The notes beneath the pieces are model-generated. The model was not told where the DNA came from, did not search any database, and saw only the letters and a program-made list of their open reading frames with translations. 248,000 bases of DNA from Rhodosorus marinus CCMP1338 (lineage: Eukaryota; Plantae; Rhodophyta). Positions 1-11,700 of the stretch are shown here, one piece after another. Location: positions 1,632,001 through 1,880,000 of the forward strand of contig JAMWBK010000008.1 of assembly GCA_029953675.1 (NCBI GenBank), given 5' to 3'. The number at the start of each line of letters is the position of its first letter. Position 1 is the stretch's first letter. The position numbers and the translations under genes are program-made.

Positions 1-2158
1 CCAGTTGCTGGATGGCGTGTCTGCTTAGCACATCCGCAATGTTGTCACTGCCTTTTCGGTATTCGATATCAAAGGTAAACGGCAATAAGCGATTTACATA
101 TCTCGCCTGTCTTTTGGTTAGCTCCTTTTGCGAGTGTAGAAAACGCAAAGGGTTATGGTCGGTGCGAAGCACGAAGCGTTGCACCTCTACATATGTTCGC
201 CAGTGTAGTATTGCCAGGGTCAACGCGTAGAGTTCCCGTTCATAAGTGAAATACTTCTCCTCCGTAGTGGTAAACCTCTGGGAGAAGTACGCGATCGGGT
301 GTTCTCCGTCTTCAAACGTTTGTAGTAGTACTGCGCCCATTCCCTTATTACTAGCATCGGTACAAATCGTAAAGGGTTTATCGAAATCCGGGTTACGCAG
401 AACCGGCTGCTGCTTCAGTTTCGCTCTTAGCTTGTCAAAAGATTCTTGTTGCTCTGGTCCCCAATGAAGATCCACGTCCTTCCTCGTGAGGTTGGTGAGG
501 GGTGCTGCTACAAGGCTAAACTTGGGCACGTAGTTTCGTAGATATCCGGTGAAGCCCAGAAAAGACCTTACGTCAATGTACGTTCCGCGGAATTCTCCAA
601 TTCGTTAAGGCGGCAACCTTGCTGGGATCGGGTTGGCGTTGTCCACTGCCTATTATATGTCCCAGATACTTAGTCTCTGGCACACCGAATACGCACATCG
701 ATCGCTTTGTATACAACTTGTTAGCTCGCAACTTCGTAAAAACCTTGGCTAGGTGCTGCTTGTGGTCAGCCATATTCGAAGAGTATATAATGATATCGTC
801 AAAGAAGATAGTGACGAACTCATTCAACTCATCGAAGAAGATGTTGTTGAGCAATCGAGTAATCACCGCAGGTGCATTTGTGAGACCAAAAGGCATTACC
901 AGCCACTCGTACAGCCCAAATGGCGTTGTAAAGGCAGTTCTAGGTATGTCTGTCTCTTTTACCCTCAGCTGCCATTATCCACTTCTCAAGTCGATGACAC
1001 TGAGATAGGTGGCATTACCGGGTGCATCCAAACAATCTTCAATTCTCGGTGGTGCTGTTTTGTTGAGGATTGTTGACTGGTTCAGCTTCCGATAATCAAT
1101 GCACAATCGCCGACCACCATCTTTTTTGTCGACGAAAAGGCATGGCGAGGCGAAAGGCGACGAGCTCGGTTGCACCAAGTTCTTGCTTAAAAGGTCCTTC
1201 AGTTGAGTTTTCAGTTCCCACTGATCCGTAAGACTCATACGGTACGGTCTTTGGGCAATTGGCTCGGTTCCGGGTTTCAAATCGATATTAAAATTGACAT
1301 TGCGCCAAGGGGGCAGGTCCTTTATGTCCTCCGCAAAGACGTCCTCCGCATATTTATATTTCGACGTAATAAATTTCTCCAGAAATTTCGTCTCCTCCCG
1401 TCGTTTTTGTGTAAGCTTCGTCATATTTTTGATTTCGGGTTCCTCCAACGTTTCACTTTCATCAGGGTGAATTTGGTTGGTTGTAGTTTTCTGGTTCTTC
1501 GTAACAAATTCTTCAGGGTTTTGTTGACAGTAATTTTCCGGGTTTTCAGGTTTCTGTTCAGGATGAGTGACAAATTCTTCAGCTTCTTCTGGTTGATTGC
1601 TCAGCTTGGCTTCTGGTTTAATGTCTGGGTCTGTTTCAGTTTCTTCTGGGTATTCAGGTTCTTCTGGGTATTCAGGTTCTTTTTCTGGTTTTTCTTCTGG
1701 TTTGTTTTCTTCAGGATTCGGTTCTGGATCTTCAGGATACTCCTCTGGTTGTTTATCTGGTTTTTCAGGGTAATTTTCGTCGGGGTTATTTGCTTTGTCG
1801 GGGTTCAACATCAGCAGCTGGTTTGGTAGGTCGAATCTTGCTTGATAGTAGTTGAGAAAATCTCTCCCCAAATACCCTGGGCTTGCGGCGTCTTCCACAA
1901 CGTAAGGTTGCCAGTCGAAGTTGTGACCGCCCAGTTGTGAGGTTACGTTGGCTTCGCCCAAGATTTTTATGGGTGTGCCCGGGGAGGCGGTGTCCAATTT
2001 CCCGTGTTGAGTCGGAATTATTGGGGTGGCGTCCGGTCTTCCTCTCAAGACGGAGTGACTGCTGCCTGTATCGACGAGCAGGGAAATCCTCTTGCCGTTG
2101 ACCAGCCCTTCCACGGTCATGTCTTCCCTCATCGGAACCGGGGCGCCTTTATCACCAA
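1..2158 (-). mobile_element. Ty3/Gypsy pol fragment (protease, RT, RNase H), degraded and inverted relative to its gag
   Basis: ORFs 975-2189 (LLVDTGSSHS protease; RPYRMS..., RLCIDYRKLN) and 573-896 (MPFGLTNAP, FFDDIIIYS); RNase H motifs at 250-570. Confidence 0.9.
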
Positions 2159-2159
2159 C

Positions 2160-2933
2160 ATGCCCCCGATCAAGTTGCACGCACCCCAACCCAAAACCTA
2201 CGACGGGCGCCGAGATGCTCTAGTTATCAGCACGTTCCTGAATAGTCTCCGCACCTACTTCAAGTTGGCGGAACTTGCCGATGATGCCAATGCGTACAAG
2301 ATAAACTTGGCCGAAGGTTACCTGGTCAGCGATGCTTCGTACTGGTGGTCCTTAATTGCGGACGACAAGCGGCCGACAACCTACGCGGACTTTGAATCTA
2401 CGTTGAAGGCGCAATTTTACCCCGCCGACGCTACGATACGAGCAAAACAACAACTTGCGCACGCGAAGCAGAAAACCACGGTGGCCGCTTACTCGGGGTA
2501 TTTTAACAAGTGCCTCATACAAGTCGGTGCGATTTCAGACTCGGAGAAATTCGACCGGTTCGTTGAAGGGCTAAAGCCTGAGATAAGGAAATATATCTAT
2601 ATTCAGGATATTTCCACCTTCGAGGGAGCCCAGGCTCTCGCCCTGAAAATTGAGGGAGCTGAGGCAGCCAGTCAACCCTCTAGAAGGGAAGAGAAGTTTC
2701 CCCAAAAAATGGCAACGCCCCAGACCACAGTAAGCCGAGGAACCAGACCTGGACGCAGTTACCAACCGGGAACACAAGCGCTGCAGAAGCATAATTACGC
2801 CAATGTTGTTTGCAATTATTGCGGGAAAAGAGGGCATACCCAGCGGATTTGTTGGGACAACCCAGATCGGGATCTGACTATCTCGAAGTCGGCACCCCGC
2901 AATATACAACAGTTAAAAGAGGAGCAACAGTAA
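2160..2933 (+). mobile_element. Ty3/Gypsy gag with CCHC zinc knuckle
   Basis: MPPIKLHAPQPKTYDGRRD...; CNYCGKRGHTQRIC. Confidence 0.85.
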
Positions 2934-3407
2934 GAGGTGCCGATACTGTTGCTGATAAAGGCGCCCCGGTTCCGATGAGGGAAGACATGACCGTGGAAGG
3001 GCTGGTCAACGGCAAGAGGATTTCCCTGCTCGTCGATACAGGCAGCAGCCACTCCGGTCTTCCTCTCTCCGGTCTTCCTCTCTCCGGTCTTCCTCTCCGG
3101 TCTTCCTCTCAAGACGGAGCGGCTGCTGCCTGTATCGACGAGCAGGGAAATCCTCTTGCCGTTGACCAGCCCTTCCACGGTCATGTCTTCCCTCATCGGA
3201 ACCGGGGCGCCTTTATTAGCAACAGTATCGGCACCTCTTACTGTTGCTCCTCTTTTAACTGTTGTATATTGCGGGGTGCCGACTTCGAGATAGTCAGATC
3301 CCGATCTGGGTTGTCCCAACAAATCCGCTGGGTATGCCCTCTTTTCCCGCAATAATTGCAAACAACATTGGCGTAATTATGCTTCTGCAGCGCTTGTGTT
3401 CCCGGTT
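2764..3407. repeat. Fold-back inverted repeat of the gag end and protease start (~295-bp arms)
   Basis: 3361-3407 is the reverse complement of 2764-2810; mirror ORFs 2810-3355(+) and 2816-3361(-). Confidence 0.9.
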
Positions 3408-3447
3408 CTTTTGGGACCTGACGATGATTACTTCCCCAACGACAAAC

Positions 3448-4137
3448 TGTCACTCTTAAATATTGAATCAGGATTACTTTTTGTAGACAGACTGTCGTAA
3501 ACAATGAGCATGTCCTTTGTTGAGATCTATCGCTAAGAACCTCTCACTTGCGCTCCTTGTATAGACTTCGGGACGTCAAGCTACAGAATCTGAAGGTGTA
3601 TCTCAAAGCGTGACTACAGACATGGCGCCAATCCTTTTGCATCAGCTCGATCAAGAACATCACGTAGATGACGTACGAATCGCTTGCCTAGTGTCCTGGA
3701 TGTTAACGTGAACCTTTATGAATACTCGAACGAAAACAGTCGGACTCAACTTTCCAAATAGCGGGGTCGCCTTACCCTTCCGCCAGGCCCCGAGCGGCGG
3801 CTTAAGGTTGACTGCCGTGCTTGCTTTGTATTCGAAGAATGATATCTCCGAGCTGCAATCGTTTGTCGTAGTCGAGCAGGACTCTTCTGCCTCTATGGTT
3901 TCAAAACGTTGGAAGCCTCTGAACACTCTGAGGGAGACCACTCACGGACCTCTCGAAATGATAAGAAGTCCAATCAATAGCTGTCGGTTGATTGAAGAAT
4001 GTCGGACGCAATGGAACCTTTTTTTTAAATCGGGCGAGTAAAGCTACCCCAAATATATATATGACACCTTTTATATACGTCAAGGGAGAGAGGGGTGAGA
4101 CAGAGGGAAGAGCAACGAAGAAAAGGGAGAAGTGACA
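3448..4137. mobile_element. Putative solo LTR (690 bp) bounded by TGTCAC...GTGACA
   Basis: 6-bp terminal inverted repeat next to Gypsy remnants; no partner LTR, PBS or TSD identified. Confidence 0.4.
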
Positions 4138-4375
4138 CTAAACAATACTAAAAACAATGCTACATACACAAAACTCTTTCCATTGTGTCTATTCACACCG
4201 CAGATTTCGTCCAAGAGCCCCTCAATCGAACCGAATCAAGAAACGAAACAAACCAAAGCGAGCCCTTCTTGAACTAGAGAGGATAGCGCCGTGCTTCCTC
4301 CTAGGTCCTAGGCTAAAGCCAACAGCTCACGAGCAAAGCAAGTAGAAACCAATATATTAGCTAGCATGTTACAGA

Positions 4376-5641
4376 TCAAGAGACGAGCTTGCTTCGATGC
4401 GAGGGTCTCTGATCCTCTTCCCTAATCTCAGGTGCGCATCGCTTCACGCCAATGTCGGAAGCCTCCTCGTCGCTGATACTCGAGCTCCAGCTTGCTAGTC
4501 TTTTCACAGGACTATCACTGTCCTCTGATGTGGTCGCATGACGGTATCCCTGGCCGCTGAGGTTCAGTAGACCTTCCAGTGCGTCGCTGAGCACGCTCGA
4601 GGGGGGGGATCCCGGCTCCGTGGCAGAATGCTCTCCATAATCAGTATCTTCCTTGGCATCCTCGTCGCTGTCGAAGGCCGCGAGGGAAAGTTTTTTCGCG
4701 CGACGAGAAGCGGAAAGGTGTTCATCACGCTTGACTTCCCATCCAGGATGGGCTGCAATCCAGGCTGTGACATTGCGCTTACAAGGCGCAGCGTTGCCGG
4801 AAACAGTTCTTCCAGTCGCAGGATCCCAGACCGTGACTCTCGGCTCCCTTGCCGCGCGACCATTCTGCTCGCTAGCCAATCCAGACGATCCACTGCTCAG
4901 GGACCCAAGGAAACTTGGCTCTGTGAGCTCCGGAGACCTCTCGGAACTGGTCCCAGAGTCGCCGGACATGATTTCCTTGTGGGACGAAATTCCCCTGTCC
5001 AGAATGTACTTCGCTGTGTTCATGACGCTGATCTGCGTCTTGGAACCGCCAACGGTTGTGACAATGGTCTCCCATCGGTCCTCTGCTAGCCGATCCAGCT
5101 CAGCATCTACGCGGGCGAGCGAAAAACGAAAAAAAATTAGCTTTGCGATATCAGCGGGGATATTTCCTTCCGCAAACAGGTTTCTGGACAGCAACGAACC
5201 TGACAGAAGGAGCTGTTCACCAACGCGGACGAGTGCCTCCTCCAGTCTGACGTACTCGTCTGCAGACCAATCTGAGGCCAACGGAGTACTGTCAGCTGGA
5301 TCAGTAAGCAGCGAGACATCATCCAAGAGGGCCTGTGCTACTTTCTTATGCGCGCACAAAGCAGCGAACGAGCTAGCGGCCAACTTGGCCCGTCTGGCCG
5401 CGGACCTTCTCTTGCTCGACTTCAGCTCATCGGCTTTCTCCTCCCATCCTGGGTGTGCCTTGAGCCAGACCGGTAAGTTCTTCCTATACGGTGCAGCATT
5501 TCCCGCCACGGTCTTCCCAGTCGCTGGCTCCCAGACAGTAACGTGCTCATCATCCATCTTCACACCGCTGAAGATCAACGACGCATACGGCGGAAACCCT
5601 GCAGAACTACCACCCCTGCCCATATTCACCCTCCCAAGCAA
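4376..5641 (-). CDS. Chromatin-associated protein with two BRK-like domains and a degenerate SANT/Myb-like segment
   Basis: Two copies of VTVW(E/D)PATG(K/R)TV.GNAAP..(K/R)N...W..AHPGWE; WSADEY..LEEAL...RWETI between them. Confidence 0.75.
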   Translation of the reverse strand: MLGRVNMGRGGSSAGFPPYASLIFSGVKMDDEHVTVWEPATGKTVAGNAAPYRKNLPVWLKAHPGWEEKADELKSSKRRSAARRAKLAASSFAALCAHKKVAQALLDDVSLLTDPADSTPLASDWSADEYVRLEEALVRVGEQLLLSGSLLSRNLFAEGNIPADIAKLIFFRFSLARVDAELDRLAEDRWETIVTTVGGSKTQISVMNTAKYILDRGISSHKEIMSGDSGTSSERSPELTEPSFLGSLSSGSSGLASEQNGRAAREPRVTVWDPATGRTVSGNAAPCKRNVTAWIAAHPGWEVKRDEHLSASRRAKKLSLAAFDSDEDAKEDTDYGEHSATEPGSPPSSVLSDALEGLLNLSGQGYRHATTSEDSDSPVKRLASWSSSISDEEASDIGVKRCAPEIREEDQRPSHRSKLVS

Positions 5642-8600
5642 ACACTAATAACCCTCTCAACCTCCTCACCCATGTAACTTCATCCCACCGCCCAACCAAC
5701 ACCAGTCACAGTCATCACCTTTAAGGTCACACCCAAAACCCCTGCCGCCCCACGTATCCCCCACATCCCAACCCGCCTCAAAGTCTTAACTGGCGCAAAC
5801 CACCGAAAACAGATTCACAAACCGTCGAAAGTACTTCTCCCCCCCCCTAAAGATCTCCTCCACCCCCACCCCCCCCAAAACGAAAATCCTCCACAATCCC
5901 AAACCTAATCTAACACAAAAATTACACTATTTTTTTGTCGCGACAAAACGGATGAAATCTGCGAATGTTCCATTTCATTGAAATATACACTCCAATTCTA
6001 CCCCCTTCTCCCCTCCCCCACCCAACCAAAAAAAAAACAAAACCGTCGGGACAACGCGAGACTACCCCCCAAAAAACGCACGACAACCGCAATCCACACA
6101 CGTACCCCCAGACGATATCGAATTTTACTATCAACTAAGCGATGTACTAAGATCCATTCAAAATCAGTCAAAATATTATTTGGATAGTCTATAAATTAGA
6201 ACATATTCATTTATATATTTATAAAAGATTGATCAAATCTTTATTGGAGTTATGGGTTAGTAGTAAATTGTACATATCTCACTTGCGATAACCTCCACTC
6301 CCTCCCCCCTTTTCTCTTTCCCTGCAAACACCGAGTTGGAATTCCAGCGCTGAGTCAGTGGATTTAAGGCGGTGGGAATGGAGGAGGAATTCCGGCATGA
6401 ATCTGCCGTGCTCGTGGCGGTACATATATATATTTCTTAATTTTTATTTTTTTGGGGGAACGGGAAAGGAAGGGACGGCTCTAGATTGGATATCTACTGA
6501 TAGACTATATTTGAATGAAAAAAGGATTTTAATGTGAATGTTTTATTGTTATTTTATGTAGAGTTGGATTTCAGGGATCGGCGGTGGGGCATAAAATAGC
6601 GCCGTTTCGTAATCTGGATTTTTTTGTTCATTTGTTCGAGATGCAGAGATGAAAAATTTAAAACTATTCGGAGGATATGAACTCGTGGTTTATGTCGATG
6701 GACAGCGCATAAAAAAGCAGTGAATAATTCTTTAGTTTTAATTAACGAAACAAGGGGGTTGGAGGATTCCAACAGGGGATCTTACAAAAATATTCTTAAT
6801 ACTTGGAGTTTTATTTGTATGGAGAATATTTTATGCGCATGTGATAGATTAGTTCTGGTTAAGAATCTCCTCGGACCAGATTTAATTGCATTATTTGGGG
6901 AGGACAAAAAAAGGGGGGTGGCGAACTCTTTGGGGGTTAGATGCTGTCTCTAGGCAGGTGGACTTCCGCAGTTAAGACTTAGCCTGCCTTCCTCCCGGCT
7001 GTGAACCGCTGGGCCGGTGGCCAAAGAGACAAGAATCTCCGTGTAGGAGAGAGCGCATCGCGCGGAGGGCGTAGTTTAAAGAAACTCTCTCCTGGGGAAG
7101 CGCCGCAGGGGACGAATCTAGCCTTCACCATCACCCGAAACTTTGGGGGAACAAATCAAAATTTGAACGTTCACCGTGTTTAGACTGTTTTCAAATCTCC
7201 ATCAGAATCTTCGCCCCGTAAAACTGATTGCGACAGCTCTGTCCGAGGAAGTTGAGGCAATGCGTAAGGGACGGATCGGGTAGCACGGATCAGGGAATGG
7301 AGCGATTTCTGCGGTAGCCAGTTCCCCGAGCAACTGGGTTGCTGAGGGTCTGCAATGCCGCGGATCGCACGAGATAGGGGTTGGGACATTCCCGAAGAGT
7401 CAGGAGAGGACGTAAAATTAGGCCAAGCAAAAACAATCGACCTATCAAACATTCCCCCCCACCCCCCCCCAAGGGGAATGTTGGCCATATTACATTCCGA
7501 CTCTTCCTCCGCACACGGTGATCCGCGGGGGACATGCGAAAAGCACGTGTTTTGACAGGTTTGCGGGCCTTTCGAATCCTCCCCCCCCCCAAAAAAAAAA
7601 AAATTCCATAACGCCCATGAAATTCAGTCAAGAGCATTTTAAAAATTAAAAAAAACACAAAATGAACATGTAAATAGATTGATTCAATCCCGATTCTACT
7701 TGGGTTCGTAATGGGTTAGCTGCGAGCATTTCTCGGTGGGATAGGTCGATTGTTTTTGCTTGGCCTAATTTTACGTCCTCTCCTGACTCTTCGTCCGCAC
7801 ACGGTGACCCGCGCCGGACACGGAAAGCGCGTGTTTAGAAGGATTGCGACCAACGTTCATCCTTGCCGGTGTTTTCGAATCCACACGTATGACGGATATT
7901 GACAGCGGTGCGTTACGTCATTGACCGCGCCGCAGTCAATGACGGTTTAGAAACACACGGCGGAATTCGGTGCGTGGTCTGATCACAAACCTCGCGAAAT
8001 CTCGCTACCCACAGGAACACTGCCGCTCCTCGCTACAATTTCCGCGCAGCAGCTAGCGATTGATAAAAGACGATACCATAACGGTCCCTGTGCGGCCGAG
8101 AGCGAGTGTGAGGCTTCATGATAGCACTTTTTTGATCCCACGGACTTATTCTGTCTTATCAAGGCTGTTCCTCATTGTCACCTGCGAATAGTCTCATTCC
8201 GAATAGCCTCCCGACCGTTCCCAACTCTCTTTCAAGGCGACAAGAGAGACCCTTGCGGCACCCAAGCAATAGGCAGCTCCCCCCTCCCTCCTTCCGGGAA
8301 AGTCGCAAATTGCACCCATAGACCAACATTCAGTCAACGGATTCTCCCGCCCTAGAATAAATTCCAAGACGAACCCGCCCCAAAAATCGCATTTATCAAT
8401 CATTTTCCAAAGGAGGGAATATCTCAACCACCAATATCCAATCAAAAATGCTTAGTACGAAACAGTTGTAGCTGTACGTGGAAAGATAGGGCCGGCAAAT
8501 ATGAAGAATTAACATTCCAACGTTTCTATTGGACAAAAAAGGGTATCTCGCATCAGTCAATTTTAGACCAACCGTCGTACTGGCCCAAAATTAGTGATAA

Positions 8601-9299
8601 ACAATAATACCTTGGGAAAAGGTGAAAACGCGTTGCAATTTGTCTTCACGCTGGAGAGTTCTTTTCAGCTGATGAGCAAACGAACGTCGTGGGTTGAAGC
8701 AAATTGGCGGATGGAGTTTCTCCCTCTCATAGTAAGAAAGAGGCTTAACAGCTGTTTGTCTGCTTTGGAAGCTACTGGAGGATGATCTTGTAATCGCTTG
8801 CCGCCATTTCAATGCGTTTCAGAGTCACACGGGTAGAATGAAACGTTGGGAAACAGAGTCTAGAAGAACGCGGCTTGATAAGCAATGACGGCGGTGATCT
8901 AGGTCTGATTTAGACAGTTGCACGGACAGCCAGTAGCTTCCAAAACCGTACGCGTATTGCTGTTCTGGGTAGTTGAGATCACACCACGGTCACCTTTTAC
9001 CCTTTAGACTTATGTCTTGGCTCTTTTTTTCTGGAACAAGGTTACATGCTTGTGAGTTGCCATAAAACCTGTGTTTGGTGGAATGCATCCCGTCAACTCC
9101 AACTTTAGTTCTGCTTTGGTCTGGTGCTTCTCTGCTCGTACTCCAGTCTGTGCGTATGACCGCTGCCGTGGCTTTGGAGGCGCGTGCGTGATCTTTGCCT
9201 TCAGTAGTCTTTTTTTACACTCTGCATTTTTTTATGTCTAGTGTTATCAGTTGTGCGTTTTCACATGAATGATTACTGCATAGGCGTCGCCAGAAGGTT

Positions 9300-11700
9300 A
9301 CAAGTACACGTCGATTGGCGATGTGAAGTCAGATCCGACCTTGAATAAAGCAAGCTTAAGATTGACGGACTAACTTCGTCCGTAGGTCATGAAGCCGTCG
9401 ATCATCCGGAAGAAAATGATACCAGCATCTCAAAATGGGAGAGGACATCCCTCAAGCCAAGGTGCCAACCATGCATCGAGGAGTTCATTCGAGCTGCACC
9501 ACTGAGAAGCTAGCCTCATAATTCTTGGCACTTGTGGATGATGCCACAAGGTTTATTACATGCCGAACTTTCTCTCATCTGAGGATGGGGCGAAAGCACA
9601 GCTGATCAGTCTATTGCGCAATCTAGAAGACCAGTCCTTGCAGGGTGAAGAAACTTCGCACTGATAACCGAGGAGCATTTCAGAATGTAATCCTGAAGGC
9701 TTTCACAGACAGCTAAGGAATCGAACATCAGTTGAACCCCCCGGATACACTGCAGGCGAATGGTGTGGGCTGAGAGGATCAACTATACTCTGCTCACGAG
9801 ACGTCGGGTATAATTTGCAGACAGCTAGATGCCGAAGGAATTGCGGGCGGAAAGCACTAAACGCCGCTATCTACCTTGACAATGGAGTACCCCAAATAGC
9901 AACGGGAGTGCTACTGCGTTGCCAAAAGGTCCCAATATTACATTATGAGGCAAATGGGGTTGAAAGAGATCGTCCAGGCAGGGCGAGTTAGTTGACGGAC
10001 CGGCGGAAGCTTGATCTCCGATCGCGTGAGGTGGTCCAATGCGGCTATAGCCCCGACGAATCGAAGATCCATCATGTGTGGGAGCGTAAAAAAACAAAGG
10101 TTTTCGCACCACTATATTTGAAACCTGTCTCCGGCACTAACACAACGGTTTGTTCTGGTCTACTACTGGAGGGGGACTCTCTGCGCCCTTCCAACGCGTA
10201 CCTCATTGAGCGACCTTAGCCACCGATTAAACAGATCTGTCTGTAAGTCTGCGCTCTGGAATAGGTGAAGATGCAACTACTACGCCTGAAGAGGTTGTTG
10301 CTCGGCTATGTGAGGAAGAGAGCGCAAGCAGATAGCTGAAACACTAGACGCCGGATCAGAGTCCGAACAACCCGAAGATCTACTTCCTGAAACCAATGCT
10401 GGATGAGAACCTAGGTCTACACGTAATTATAGAAAGACCTGGCGCTATGGCTTCGGATCACGGGAGGTGGATGAAACACGTCGAGCCCGAGCCATACTCG
10501 GGTAATCTCAAAGGTGAAGACCAGCATTAGTGGTTAACTCCAGTTCAAGCCGAGCTTAAAAGAGCTTGCTGGAGCACAAACCTTTGGACGGGGTGCAAGA
10601 GATACCCGAGAAATACTCCGGCATTCTCAACGTTGAAGACCAGCGTTAGTGACTAACTCCAGTTCAAGCCGGGCTTAAAAGAGCTTGCTGGAGCACAAAG
10701 CATTGGACGGGGTGCAAGAGAAATCCGCTGGAAAGAAATTAATCGGTGTTAAACAGGTATTGGTGAGAAAGGAGGATGCAAATTGAAGGTTGCTCAAGTT
10801 CAAGAGGCGTCCTGTGGCGAAAGCTTATAACCAGTCGTACGGAGGTGTATCGAGTGGGTGATGATCAGACGCACGTACCTGTGGTGAGGCTTGAAACGCT
10901 TCGAGCGCTTCGAAATGCTTATCTTCAGAGGCCGCACAACTTGGACAGGCTGATTTTCCTACTGCATTCCTCGATGAGAAGTTCAAGAGGACAACTACGT
11001 TGAGGTCCTACGACGACCAGACATCAGCGCTGGAGGAGTTCTGTTAAAGATATCCTTATTTTGCTCAAAGCAAGCGGGTGCTGCGTGGAATCAGGTAACA
11101 CTCGAAGGGCTTCATGCCTCACCGCATGTACGTAGCAAAATCCACCCTACCACTCTAGTTGTAGCCTTTCCCCACCAGACGCACCTTCAATAGTGCAACG
11201 AAGAGGGCAAGGAAGACCTAGATCAACGTACGTGTTCTGGAAACCGTCTAAGTCCTCCACGACCAGATCAGCATCTCTTCGAATGCACCAAAATGCCGAG
11301 TAGGGGGTTGAGAAAGCATTGACTTTGGAGTGGTAGGAAGTGCAGAAACCAGCAATGGTTATCTGAGCATGTAACGATTATTGGAGCAGGTGAATCCATA
11401 AAACTTTTTGGGGATGACGTCGATGGGAGATGCCTGGTTACAGACAGCTGCTTGTTTGTTCTTGACTAAGCGTGAGCGCGCATGATTGCCGGCATCCTTC
11501 GACCGCCGCTAGGATCGGTTCCGGTATTTTGCCCGCGGGTAGTGTCTGAACGTTTGTACGCGGTTCTAAATACGGAAATGATCAGCAGTGTCAAGAAACA
11601 AGACACACACCCAACTTGGAATTAAAACAAAAAAGATTGGAGACCATAAAAGGAATACACAGCTCTGCCGCGTTGGCGTCGATGGAATGGCGAGAGTTCT
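9300..11700 (+). mobile_element. Degraded Ty1/Copia remnant (integrase, RT fragments)
   Basis: Frameshifted integrase (HQLNPP..., GVAER-like) and RT (KKLIGVK..LVRK) motifs; paralog at 32080-34480. Confidence 0.7.

Noticed and set aside
4653-5648. 331-aa plus-strand ORF; likewise 137371-138087, 206774-207481 and 241148-241936
   Set aside because: Antisense shadows of genuine genes with no independent motifs.
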